Notes under the pieces: generated by a model | Database searches by the model: none | The model's input: the letters and a program-made list of their open reading frames with translations, nothing else | What the model was told of the DNA's origin: nothing | Shown here: in pieces, positions 11,012 to 22,571 of the stretch | Layout of the letters: every line of letters begins with the position of its first letter | How positions within the stretch are numbered: position 1 is the stretch's first letter | Translations under genes and position numbers: made by a program | DNA from: Chiloscyllium plagiosum | Taxonomy: Eukaryota | Length of the DNA stretch: 33,604 bases | Reading direction: 5' to 3' | Assembly (NCBI RefSeq): GCF_004010195.1 | Contig: NC_057718.1 | Location: 13,170,895-13,204,498 of the forward strand

Positions 11012-12077
11012 GTTCCCTTCTGCCTATTTGGTCTTCACCTGCAGTATGACTATCCATCAATGTGCTTTCCATGGCATGCTTAACATCATGGATGCTCCAC
11101 AGGGAATTTATCCATCGCGCCAGCTCCGAAATGCTGTTAGCCAGGAGCTGCAGCAGTAAACACCTCCTGCACACAAGGTATTATTGAAGCTTCCATGATT
11201 TGCCACAAAGCACAAGAGAAGTAGATCTCTGCTGTCATGACTTCCCTTATGCACCTTGGTTACTTCCTTTTTAAAATAAAATTAATTATCTTATTTATTA
11301 ATTAAGAAAGCAATTCCCTTATGCTAATTTGACTTTTGTATATTACTTTCTAGTAGTGGCTCTGAATTTCACTTATTACTGGTGTTTCTCACTTAATCCC
11401 AACTTCCAAAAAACACTTTAAAAATCCTGAACCAGCCAATATACCATTTCCCTGTAATGTCACTTTGTTTTGTCTTCCTATCCAGCACCCCCTGAAGCTG
11501 CATCTGTTAAACTAGGACACCCTTCTCTCTACTCAGTTGTAGTTCAAATGTTGGACACCTAATCCTAGGCCTTAATTTATCCTGTTGCTGACTCGCTTGT
11601 CTTTGTTCAGTTGAAGCTGAATATATAATTACACACAATTATAAACAAGGTCTTCAGTCACTCAAATCTCACCCTTATCTGAACTCACTTGAAAATCTCA
11701 TTCAAACCATGTGACCAAACTGTATTTAGGATATGAGCCCCACAAAAAAATGGGAAACATTTCTTTTATACAGGCCATCAAAATTGAAGAACTGTCCCAG
11801 CTGCAGCATCTCCTGTCATTTTTTTTCTTCTGAGCAACCTCCAAGGCTAGTGCAAGGCAACAACTTTCAAATACGGAAATTAATGCTACAATTAGTGCTG
11901 GTACATCAATCACCATGCATGGAATGTCAGAGTGCTGTGCATGCACAAGGCTGAGTCATAAAATCACTCAGCAATCCAAGGAAAAGAACCTGGGAAGAAT
12001 CAATTAGATAAAAATTTAACGACTTGAAATTGAGACTGTGTAAAGGATAGTGCTGGGAAACAAACTGAACCAGGTTA

Positions 12078-12420
12078 GGAGGAGATGGCTTTGTGATATT
12101 ATCACTGGACTGTTAATCCAGAGACCTAGATAATGTTCTGAGGAATCATGTCTGAATCCTGCCACAGCAGATAGTGGAAATTGAATTCAGTAAAAATCTG
12201 GAATTAAAAATCTAATGATGAACATGTATCCATTGCCGGTTGTTGGAAAGACCTACTTGGATCACTCGTCTGGAAAGGCAACTGCCATACTTATCTGGTC
12301 TGGCCAACATGTGAATCCAGATCCACAACAATGTGGTTGACTCTTAACTGGCCTCTGGGCAATTCGGACTGGGCAATAAATGCTGGCCTAGCCAGTGACA
12401 CCCTCATTCCATGAACGAAT
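12078..12420 (+). mobile_element. Near full-length tRNA-derived SINE
   Basis: Decayed A/B boxes (gatggctttgtg; tctgaatcc); tail ctggcctagccagtgacaccctcattccatgaacgaat; homologous to 7455-7628 and 20470-20780. Confidence 0.7.
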
Positions 12421-12769
12421 TTCTTAAAACAACTTTGTTTTGATGTGTGTCAAGATCTTTCTAACAGTCTTAAATATATACCTTTATTTGTTTGTGTTCT
12501 TTTGTTTTCTTTTCTGTCATAAACTTACATATTGTTGTTAAAGAACACACTCAACTTGGTGTGAATACATTTCAGAGGCTAGCATCATAGGAACCGAACA
12601 AAGAACAAAATAAATAATATCTATCCTAGGTTTCATTTTGGGATTTGTCCAGCTGGGATCATAACACTGGAAAAATGAATGAAGTCCTCATAGGAAGCAG
12701 GGTCTAAGAAACTGTAGTTAAAGTCATTGTGCGATTCAGTAGGTTTATGGTGAAAATTCATTGATTGCT

Positions 12770-13330
12770 TATTATGCACATAGCTCCTTTATCAGACTAA
12801 AACATTTCAATACAATTTATAAGAGCACTATAAAACAAAAATGTCACAGATTAATGTAAGGACATAATTGGGTCAGATGGCCAAAAGCTTAATCAAACAA
12901 ATGGTTTTAAGGAGCGTCTTAGACCCAATGTGAGGTACAGAGACAGTGAGGGCACTCCTGAAGTTAGGACCTGGACAACTAAAACCAGAAGTGTAGATAA
13001 TCCAGAGGGTTATAGGACTGGAGAACATTAGATAGAAGCGAGAGATGAAAACTTGGAAGGGCTAGAGAACAAAGATGAGAATTTAAAATCAAGATGATGC
13101 TCAACAAGACAATTTAGGTCACTGAGCAGAGGTGAAATGTGAGGTGGACCTATTGCAAATTAGAAAACAGAATTTTGAATGAACTCAAACTTGTGAAGGG
13201 TAGAATGCAAGCAGCCAGGCAGAAAGTAATGAAGGCTTGAATGAGGTTCTGAACAGCTGATGAGCTGAGACAGGGACAAAATCAGATGATGTTGTCGAGA
13301 TAGAAATTAGCATACATGATGATGCAAAAA
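12770..13330 (-). mobile_element. L2-like LINE 3' fragment
   Basis: gatggccaaaagcttaatcaaacaaatggttttaaggagcgtctta motif, also present in decayed form at ~31940-31990. Confidence 0.5.
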
Positions 13331-13736
13331 TGAAATTCGAAACAGTTCATCTTATGTTGGGGCATAATGTCAGTTTATTAAGATTGTGAATAACTGGATT
13401 ATAATGGCAGAGATGTGTATGTGTAACCCCAGATAGCTGAACAGTAATAAATTCAGCATCCTCCTTCCACAAGTAATAGATAAGCAAGTCTCAGGCCAGC
13501 CAGGAATCTACGTAATTGAAAGGAAGTTAATTAATTATTAACTAAGCAATTTTCTATATCTTATTGTTTTAATTTCAATTTCCATTAATTTCCATTGTAT
13601 TATTGCTCGTTATCCTGCAAAAGTGTTGTAGAAGACTGTTGGGTCGTACATTAAAGCTTCTTATTTAAAACACTTATGACCTTGTGAGGACCCGCTTTCA
13701 AAATGGTTAGATACTGAAACTTCTCATGCAAGGTGC

Positions 13737-15118
13737 CCCTTTACTAGCTTGCTGTTTCTGGACAAATGAGGACAGTTAAGGAATATTGCAACAACCTAAC
13801 AGTTATCAATACTGTTAAGGCATAGAGGGCAATGCAGCAAAGTGAAGGCAATTTTGCCAAAACATTTGTTTTACATCTATAGTGGGTATGCCAGGTTTTC
13901 AAACTGGGGACGGTGGTCTCATGTTTAAACTTTAGGCAGCTAGGGTGTGTGTTTTGCATGGGTGATTTATTTGAGGGGAACACTATGATGTCATTTGACC
14001 AGTTAGCTCAGAAATATGAGCTATCTAACAGGAATCTCTTTTGGGTTTTTTTCAAATTAGAGATTTCATTCAAAAAAGGACTACAGTTTTAACCGATCCC
14101 TACAGATTCAACGTAGAGAAGAGTGTGCTCAGTGCTGAGAATACTCTTTCTGCCAGCACTCTGTCACCCGTTGGGATGGGGGGTGGGGGGGGCAGCCCTT
14201 CAGATGAGACCGATGGCTTTGCAGGATGTGGGAGACAGAGTTGGGCATCAAGATTTCCTCAGAGACATGGGAAGATATTTGGGAGAACACAAGAAAGATC
14301 TCGATTTGCAATAGGACCCATGCTTTACATTTGAAGATTCTCCATAGGGTCCACTTGGCTCCAGATCATTTATCAACATTTAAACCAGGAGTATCTTCAA
14401 CATGTCTCAAGTGCAAAGCGAGTATAAGCACTCTTACTCTTTGCCTCCGGTCCTACTGCAGGCTCCAAACATATTGGAACGCTGTGGTAGGTGTAATAGA
14501 GAAGATCTTGGGGACAAGGTGGAGATGGACAGGATTTCTCTTTTTCTTGTCCTACTCAGTGTATTCCTTGTAGATGTGAATAAGAAAAAAAACTTTTCAA
14601 CATCCTTACTTTTAGTGCAAGAAAGAATATTCTATTAGGTTGAGTGTCTGAAATTCCTCCAGGTTTGTCGGGTTGGTGTAAAATAGTTATGGAGCCATAT
14701 CTCTTTAGATATTCTTACAAGTATGGTGCATCTCAGAATTTTTATAAGAACTTTTTGGGACAACCTGGACATAGATCTGTTTGCCACACTAATAAGGGCT
14801 TTTATATAGCCGTAACGATAGGGTTTTAAGAGTCTAATACCCAGACAGGGATAATTGTGAACGTTGAATATATGTAAATTAATGTTCTCGATGGCCGTGT
14901 TTTGTCTAGCTGAGGCATATTATTACTTGTTAGTTGTTTGTTATTATTTATTCATGCATGTAGTTGGCTTTCCACATATAGATTTATACATTTGTACAGG
15001 AGTGCAATTTGGTTTTATTTTTCTTGTTCTTCCTTTGTACTGTTTTGCATCATATTATTTTGTTTTTGTTGTAATATCTAAAAATCTATTTTTCAATAAA
15101 AGTATATTCTAAAAAAAA
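13737..15118 (+). mobile_element. L1-clade LINE 3' end (C-terminal zinc-knuckle region, 3' UTR, polyA)
   Basis: ORF 14226-14573 WETELG..ISSETWEDIW..KILHRVHL..C.KC..LQTYW; T-rich 3' UTR, AATAAA near 15095, A-tract 15111-15118. Confidence 0.85.
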
Positions 15119-16731
15119 CCATGGCCAGATTACTGAAATACTAAGAATATTACTTTACCAGAGAAAAGAGGGAAAGAAATCTAACAGTTTTAAAACCAAA
15201 TAAAAATGTTACAAACATTTCTGCTCCTAAGCTAGGAGTAGACATAATCATCTGGTCCCTCAAGCCTGCTCTGCCATTCAATCAGATCATGGATGATTTG
15301 TTTATGTTTCAAATTCCACATTCTCATCTACCCCCAATAACCCTCCGTTTCCTTGCCTTACAATAATCTATCCACCTCTGTCCTAAAAATATTCAGTAAC
15401 ACCACCTCTACAACCTACTAAGACAGAAGGTTCCGAAGTCGCACCAATCCCAGAAAAAATTCTCATCTGTCCTGAAAAGGGGACCCTTAATTTTAAAGCA
15501 AAGCCCCTTACTGACCCACATTCTTTCCACATCCACCTTGTCAAGACAATTAAAGATCTTATACACTTCAGTCAATTCACCTGTCATTCTTCTAAACTTC
15601 AATCTGTCTAAGCAATCCCCATAAGACAGCCCACTCATTTCAGATTATCATTCTAATGAAGCTCATCTGAACTGCCTCTAATGCACTGCATAACTGAAGC
15701 ATAATTATCCTTACCTTTATGTTCAATTCTTCTTATAATAAAGGATAGCATCCCATCAACCTTCTTAATTGTCTGCTGTAATTGTATATTAATCTTTTGT
15801 GACTTGTGCACCAGAATAGGAACTCTCTAGTCACTTTCAATAATACCTGTTTAACTCTTCCTGGTAATGTGAACATTCACATTTTTCCATATCACACTCC
15901 ATCTGGCAGCTTTTGTTCACGCAATCAAGGTATCTTTATCCATATGTAACTTCCCTACATCTTCTTCATAACAGAATTTCCAACCTGGACTGCTGTCTTT
16001 TATGAATTTAACCATCGTTCCCTCACCAAACTCTTTGGTGTAATCTGCAAAATTTTAAGGCCCCTGCACAGAACTTAGCAAAATTCTACTTGTCAGTTAG
16101 ACCCAAAAGCCTGCCATCTATGCTAAGATGTAATCCTTACACCACAAGTTTCATTTTCTGTAACAGCCTTTGATTTTGCTCCTTATCAAAGGTATTCTTG
16201 TCACTCTTACAAAACAAATACAATGAATTAGTTAACTATGAATTTCATTTGACAAAACCAAGCTTACTCTTCCCAATTACTTTCAGTTATTCTAAGTACG
16301 CAGCTCTAATTTGTTTAATGACTGATTCTAACTCCTTTCCCAAAAGTCATCAAGCTAACTAGCCAATAGTTTCTTATTTCCTGCCTCCCTCTCTTCATGA
16401 ATGGGAATGGAGGGTTAATTTAACACTTTCCAATCCAACGGAAACTTTCCTGAATCTAGGGAATTTTGGCAAATTAACAGCAAAGCATTTACTAACTCAT
16501 TAGCAACACCTTTTAAGATCCTAGGATAATGTCCATCCACTAAGGAGACTTGTTGGCCTGCATTTCCATCAGTTTGCTTAGTATCACTTCCCCCTTGATG
16601 GTAATTTCACTCAGGTCTTCTTTCCACTTCCTGATTTACTGCTATTTCAGGAATGATTTCTGTACTTTCCACAGTGAAGGTAGAAACGAAATATTTGTCT
16701 ATATCATCTGCCAATTCCTCTTAGCAGTTTT

Positions 16732-18340
16732 ATTTGAATTGATTTATTGTTGTCACATGTACCTAAGTACAGTGAAAGGTTTTGCTTTGCCAACAGTATA
16801 GGCAGATCATAACAAACAAAGACATACAGATCATAGGGTGCTTAGACACAGCAAGGCATACAAGGTTATAATTGCACAGGAGGTGCACAAAAGCAAGATC
16901 AACATTAAATTTGAAATTAGAGAGATCTGTTCTGCAGTCCAATAACAGCAGGGAAAAAGCTTAACCTGTTGGTGCATGTGTTCAAACTTCTGTACCTTCT
17001 GCTTAAAGGAAGAGGTTCAAGAAAGTATTACTGGGTGGGAGGGGGCTTTCACAGAATTCCTATAGTGTGGAAACAGGCCATTTAGCCCTACAAGTCCACA
17101 TCAACTCTCCAAAAGGGTATCCCACCCAGACTCACCCCCCTACCCTATCCTTGTAAACCAGCATTTCCCATGGCTAATCCACCTAACCTACACATCCCTG
17201 CACACTATGGACAATTTCACACTTCCAATCCACCTAACCTGTACATCTTTGGACTGTGGGAGAAAACCGGAGCACCTGGAATACACCCTCGCAGCCAAGG
17301 CGGAGAATCTGCAAACTCCACACAGACAGTTGCTTGAGGTTGGAATTGAACCCACTTTTCTGACACTGAGGCAGTAGTGCTACCCACTGAGCCATCGTGC
17401 CACCCTTTCTGTAGCAACAAGAAGTGTAGATGGAGTCCATGGATGGGAGGTCGGCTTCCTTGATGTCTGAGCTGTGCACACAAATTTTTATAAGTTCCTT
17501 ATGGTCCTGCGCACAGCAGTTGTCATATCAAGCTGCTATGTACCCAGTCAGAATGCTTTCTGTGGTGCGTCTGTAAAAGTTGGCGAAAATCCTTATGGAC
17601 ATGCTGAATTTGAGGAAGAAGGATGTTGTGGATTTGAGGATGTTGTGCCATCTTGACCATCCACCCTCTCCACCTCAGCTCCATTGATGTAGATAGGGGC
17701 ATGTTTTCCTCCTCTCTTCCTGAAGTCAATGATCAGGTATTTTATTTTGCTGACATTGAGAGAGATTGTTATCATTGCACCATGACACGAAGCACTCTAA
17801 CTCCTTCCTGTATTCTAACTCATCATTGTTCGATATCCAGCCTATAATTCTGGTGTCGTCAACAAATTTATAGATGGCGTTCATACAAAAATTGGCTACA
17901 CAGTCGTGGGTATACATGCAGTACAGGAGGAATCTGAGTACACATCCTTGCGGGGCACTAATGTTGAGTTTATTGTGCAGGCTGTGCTATCATCTAACTT
18001 CACTGATTTCAGTCTGTAGTCAATGAGTAGGAGCCTGATGATGGTGTCCTTGTTATCCAAATGTTTCAGGGATGAGTACAGAACCAAGGAAATGGTGTCT
18101 GCTGAAAGCCTGTTTGACAGGTAGGAAAATTGCAGGGGATCAATTTCTGGGAGGGTAAAGATTTGGGCCATGACTAACCTCTTGAAATACTTCATCATTA
18201 TGGAGGTCACAGCCACTGGACAGTAGTTGTTGAGGCATGTTGCATGTGTTTTGTTTTGGTACTGGGATGATGGTTGCCTTCATGATGCTGGTGGGAACTT
18301 CAGATTGTAGCAAAGAGAAGTTAAACAGGTCAGCAAATAT
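16732..18340 (-). mobile_element. Rex1/Babar LINE, 5'-truncated and frameshifted
   Basis: ADLFNFSLLQSEVPT..KATIIPVPK; TSIMMKYFKRLV..DPLQF; YTHDCVA..IYKFVDDT.IIG.ISNNDE..YRKE; LNVSK.K.LIIDFRK; 3' tail gtgacaacaataaatcaattc. Confidence 0.9.
17050..17404 (-). mobile_element. HE1-type SINE nested in Rex1
   Basis: Reverse complement starts ggtggcacgatggctcagtgggtagcactactgcctcag, B box gggttcaattcc, ctgtctgtgtggagtttgcag core. Confidence 0.88.
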
Positions 18341-19249
18341 TACCTCCCTATTCTCACTTTCTGAAGAATCAATATTCGCTTTACGTCTTATTATCCTTTT
18401 CAAATTACCATAGTAACTCTTGCTATCTTCTTTTAGATTTCTAACTAGCTTCCTTGCTTATAATTTCCTCCTCATAACCAACCTTTCAGTCGTTCTCTAC
18501 CACCAGTATATACCGACTTTTCATCTGACCCATCACTCATCTTTTTAAGTTATATGCTTTTTCCTAAATTTGATGCTTCCCTCACCTCCTTTGGCCAACC
18601 ACAAATGGTGAGTCCTCCCTTTATAAATTTTTGTGCTTACAGTGGAACTGTACTTTTCTAAATATTCTGCATGGTTATTAATCTATCCCTTAGCTTCATA
18701 TGTAAGTTGCCTTCAGTCTGTTCAACTTGTGCCCACATAATTGCCACCTTTTTGGTTTTAAACACTAGTCTTAGACCCAATTTTCTCTGCTTCAAATGGC
18801 ATATAGAATTTAATGATATTGAATATTGTGGTCATAACAACCCATGAGTGTCTTTACTCCTGTCACATTACGCAATACCAACAGTGGTATAACCTGATTG
18901 CAGCTGTTGATAAACGTGCTGCTGTAATAATCTAAACTAACCAAATTTGCCGAAGACCAATTCATTCCCTCTCAAACTCCATTTTGATTTAACCTCCTCT
19001 GCAGGCTTGTTATGTCCTTAATGGGTTTTGCTATTCAATTGGAAACAAAGGTGATTTACTGGTGGTGGTGGTTCACAGATGGAAAAAAAAGTATTTTTAA
19101 AAACCACATTATTTTATTAATAGATATGGATTCAACACTGGATGCACTCCCTACAAAGATTTATTTGGTATCACGTTGGAAGAAATAAAATGCCTCGCAG
19201 TGTACATTATTCAAGGCGAGAATGTGGTGCTGTATCCCTTGCTTTTCCT

Positions 19250-19700
19250 CAGTCACCGTTGAGAATGCTGAAACTTCGCGCTCATTGGGAATAACGCGTC
19301 GTTCGTTGGCTCTCACTCAGAATGTTCAACCTTTCCCCCCACCGCGTTTTAAACTTTTGCCTCTGGATGGGATCCATTTGCTCTCGATGACTGTGTTGCT
19401 CGTCTCTGCAAGCCCTGACTGCCTACCTCCACACGCCTTCCGACTCCATCAACAACACCAGTATCTGCGACAGCGACAACACAACCGATCCCCAGCGCCT
19501 CATGATCGCCATGTGACAGGCTGTCGGCCGTTAACCACCGTGTGCCCCCCACATGGGAACTTCCAACCGCCAGACCCGCTTCCCGCCTCGCTGTGTATCA
19601 TCATGGATGTTCCAAACCTGCTTCTCATTGGACAGTCGGTCAGGCCGCGGGCACATTTAAAAAGCAACTGCCAGTGGTGGAGCTGTCAACTTAGTTTTTT
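19250..19700. promoter_or_regulatory. CpG-rich, probably bidirectional promoter
   Basis: Only non-repeat CpG-dense stretch in the window; TTCCCGC (E2F-like) 19580-19586, ATTGG (CCAAT) 19627-19631, GCGGG-caca-TTTAAA (CDE/CHR-like) 19647-19661; first-exon-like donors on both strands (19426 minus, 19797 plus). Confidence 0.7.
19427..19512 (-). CDS. Candidate first coding exon, signal-peptide-like: MAIMRRWGSVVLSLSQILVLLMESEGVW(R)
   Basis: ATG at 19512-19510 inside the CpG island; basic n-region, hydrophobic core, S-E-G cleavage-like motif; donor GAG|gtaggc, phase 2. Confidence 0.55.
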
Positions 19701-19796
19701 TTGACAGTTGGGGTTCTAGTGTTTCTTTTAAACTATGCCGTTCTAGAAAACAGTTGGCTGGATTTACAGGATCATAGAATGGCTGCAATAGGAAAG
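19670..19796 (+). other. Candidate first exon of a plus-strand transcript (non-coding, or encoding MAAIGK from 19779)
   Basis: Directly downstream of the CHR-like site; donor AAG|gtaatc at 19796/19797; the start coordinate is a guess. Confidence 0.4.
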
Positions 19797-20312
19797 GTAA
19801 TCATTCAAACTGCCCTCATTTACAGAAACGTAGGAACAGGAGTAGGCCATTTAGCCCCACTCAATGAGATCATGAGTATGGCCTAACTTCATAGACCTGC
19901 CTTTGGCCCGTATTCTTTAATACCCCTGCTTAACAAAAAAAAATCTCAGATTTAAAACTATGAAGCGATCCTGCATCCATTTACATTTGTGGAAGAGAGT
20001 CCCCAACCTTTTATATGTAAAAGTATTTCCTAACATTTCTCCTGAAATGTTCTGGCCCTAACATTTAGGGCCCTAACTAACTCAGTTCTAGAATCTCCAA
20101 TCAATGGAATTAGTTTATCTCCGGTATTTTCCTGTTAATACTTTAAAGACTTTGATTAGATCTCTTGTTAACTCTGTAATTTCCAGAGAAAATTGGCCTA
20201 ATTTATATAATCCTTCCTCTTAAACTTAACTCCTGAAGTCCAGATATCATTCTTGTAAACCTACACTGTACTCCTTCCAAAGTCATAATATCTTTCATAC
20301 AATGTGGTGCTC

Positions 20313-20403
20313 AGAAGAAGGGCTTATGTCCAAAACGTCGATTCTCCTGCTCCTTTGATGCTGCCTGACCTGCTGCGCTTTTCCAGCAACACATTTTTAA
20401 GCT
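20313..20403 (+). mobile_element. Short Penelope pLTR fragment, family A
   Basis: agaagaagggcttatgtccaaaacgtcgattctcctgctcctttgatgctgcctgacctgctgcgcttttccagcaacacatttttaagc; gctcaga on both sides (20309-20315, 20401-20407). Confidence 0.85.
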
Positions 20404-20469
20404 CAGATCTATTCACAGTACTCCAGTGGGTCTCGCCAGGGTTTTGTATAGCATTAGCATAACTTTAAT

Positions 20470-20780
20470 TTATTCATTCACAGTATGTGGATGTCAGTGG
20501 TTAGGTCAGCATTTATTGGCATCTCTAATTGCCCAGAATGCAGGTGAGGGTCAACCACAATGCTGTGGGTCTGGAGTCACATGTAGGCCAGCTGTTTCTT
20601 TTCTCAAAGGACATTAGTGAACCAGATAGGTTTTAACAACAATCAACAGCAGTTTCATTGTCATCATCAGAGTCTTAATCCCAAATTCCAACATCTGTTA
20701 TGGCAGGATTCAAAGTTGGGTAACCTAGAATATTATCTGGAGCTCTGGATTATTAGTCTAGTGACAATACCACAAGGACA
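20470..20780 (-). mobile_element. tRNA-derived SINE (family of 12078-12420)
   Basis: Reverse-complement match: cagcatttattg, caaccacaatgctgtgggtctggagtcacatgtaggccag, ctctggattattagtctagtgacaatacc. Confidence 0.7.
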
Positions 20781-20834
20781 TCTTCCCCCACCCCCAATTA
20801 CTTATACTCCAATTTGTTGGTTCCTTAATTCATT

Positions 20835-21027
20835 TGTCTCAATGGCTGGTTTGTAATGCAGAGTAACGCCGACAGTGTGAATTCAATTCCTGCACTGGCT
20901 GAGGTTACCATAAAGGGTCCGACCTTCCCAACCTCTCCCCGCAGCTGAGTTGTGATAACCCTCAGATTAAACTACCGGTCTAATGTCAGAGCAGCCATGT
21001 GGTCCAATAGAACAATGGCAACTTTAC
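20835..21027 (+). mobile_element. Short tRNA-derived SINE of a different family
   Basis: B-box-like attcaattcc, tggctgaggttaccat, tail gagcagccatgtggtc..atggcaactttac. Confidence 0.45.
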
Positions 21028-21845
21028 TTGTACTCCAGTCTTCTAGATATAAAGTTTCGCAATCTATTAACCTTCTTGATTATTTTTCGTAAAAGTTACA
21101 AGCGTACTTGAGTTTACAAAAGTAATTCACGTGATATCCATTTCAAACAATGTCTCACCCCCACCACTCCACACACAAAACAAAAGTATTGGAAAAGTCT
21201 GTCACTGCCCCTTCTTTAATACCCTTTTTGGATATGATCCAATTCTCTTTCCAATGACATGACTGACTCTGCTGCCGTTAAACTCACATATGTAAAAACT
21301 CCCCATCTTTATCCAATCTTATTATTTACTGTTCAATATTGCATTCACTGATTCTAGCCTTTTTCCAACAGCCCTGTTCCTACTTTTGATCTAGAGCTTT
21401 AATTTCTCCTTTGCAACTCCATTCCTCTATTTTTCATCATTTTCATCCCTGTCCTTAAAACATATGTTATTTAAGTCACCATCCTTCACATTACTCGGTA
21501 TTCATTTGATTTCACTTCTTCATGAAGCACCTGGAAGTTTTGTTTCAATAGTGAAATCACCACAAAAATAAGTTTTTGTGGAATCACTGACAAAACTTGG
21601 CAGCAGTTTGGATATAACAGATAGTCACAGGACATTTAAAACTGAAAGGAAGCGAACAAGTGTTCACTTCATTTCATGCAGTTCATTTCATATTTCTGTC
21701 AATCACTTATCTCATTGACCTATTGAAAACCTAGAGTTAAATATTCAGTAGCCACTAGATGTTGTTGCTAGTCCTGTGCTTATTGATACACTTGTTCTTC
21801 AGTTTCTCTGTATCTTTATTATTCAGTGACCACAGCAACAGTAAT

Positions 21846-22066
21846 ATGTGTCTGGATGTTCTTGTGTTGGTTCTGTTGATCTTATGTCAGGAATATCAGA
21901 CACAAAGCAGTTGCATAGAAACCTTGACCACCTCTCTCGCCTATTTTACCCAAGAAAGACAGTACTGCCATTTCTTTGTCAAATACATGCAGTTCAATGC
22001 AAGAGAAAAGCAACGCCACTGCACATCCAATGAGACCTTGGATTTTTTTAAAATTGTGGATCACAG
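21846..22066 (+). CDS. Candidate coding exon of an unrecognised secreted protein: MCLDVLVLVLLILCQEYQTQSSCIETLTTSLAYFTQERQYCHFFVKYMQFNAREKQRHCTSNETLDFFKIVDH
   Basis: Strong acceptor tttctctgtatctttattattcag| at 21826, ATG at 21846 with A at -3, hydrophobic leader, donor CAG|gtgatt (phase 2); the only plus-strand frame open to the donor; alternative acceptor at 21890. Confidence 0.45.
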
Positions 22067-22571
22067 GTGATTACTTCTGCCTCACTGAGATTACCATAAT
22101 TAATTCATAATGACCATTGACATAGTCAAGTTTGCTTGTGGTGAGGATTATTATTCAACATGGTTGGTTACTGCATGATGTTCACATGCAGACTTCTGTG
22201 GTTACAGATGTCATTAATTTTTAATGTACAAGTGCCTGAGCAATGCAATTTCCTCTTGAAGGACCTCACATTTATCACCAAGAGAGCCCACTCCCTCATT
22301 CAAAACAAAGACTCCACCCATTCAGTGTGATGATAGCCATTTTGGATTCAGAGGAGGATGGAATGCAACACATGTAGCACCTCATGGAATGAGTCGCAGC
22401 ATTGACCCGTAAATCCAGGTAACACCCCAAGCTTTCACATTCTTGTCTGCCTTGCCATCCCTGTCAACTTCATATGAGTTGAGGCATCCAGATTCCCACC
22501 CGGCTGTTCTGTTTCACTCTTCATCTACCCATTTTACCTCTGAGCTCCAGGCCTACAGCTTATTTTTTGAA

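Larger units (their letters stand above)
9600..11245 (-). mobile_element. Decayed CR1 ORF1 (zinc-finger/leucine-zipper plus SGNH esterase), split by later insertions
   Basis: ORF 10974-11174 CRRCLLLQLLANSISELARWINSLWSI; minus strand ~10050 to ~9735 reads VV*DSIVRHSGRHFCSHKRYSRM..PG|ARIGDV across the 9770-9964 insertion (the GDSIVR..RFC..LPGAR motif). Confidence 0.7.
15235..18960 (-). mobile_element. Old CR1 LINE (~15235-16730 and ~18340-18960) split by a Rex1 insertion
   Basis: ORF 15408-15638 GLSYGDCLDRL..RRMTGELTEVYKIFNCLDKVD; CR1 3' end antisense at 15250-15300. Confidence 0.7.
19825..21085 (-). mobile_element. Old CR1 3' fragment interrupted by a pLTR piece and two SINEs
   Basis: gaaacgtaggaacaggagtaggccatttagccc antisense CR1 tail; gtggtgctcaga..cacagtactccag; resumes at ~21028 (tgtactccagtcttctagatataaag). 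Confidence 0.6.

Noticed and set aside
19427..19512. RNASET2 as the identity of the signal-peptide exon (a human 6q27 gene whose first coding exon I recall as 86 nt, phase 2)
   Set aside because: No exon with the HWP..C or WTIHGLW catalytic motif in proper splice context was found; IPGWPETC near 13507 is in the wrong phase.
19222..19704. 160-aa plus-strand ORF
   Set aside because: Pro/Arg/His-rich read-through of a GC-rich promoter, antisense to the better signal-peptide exon; no recognisable domain.
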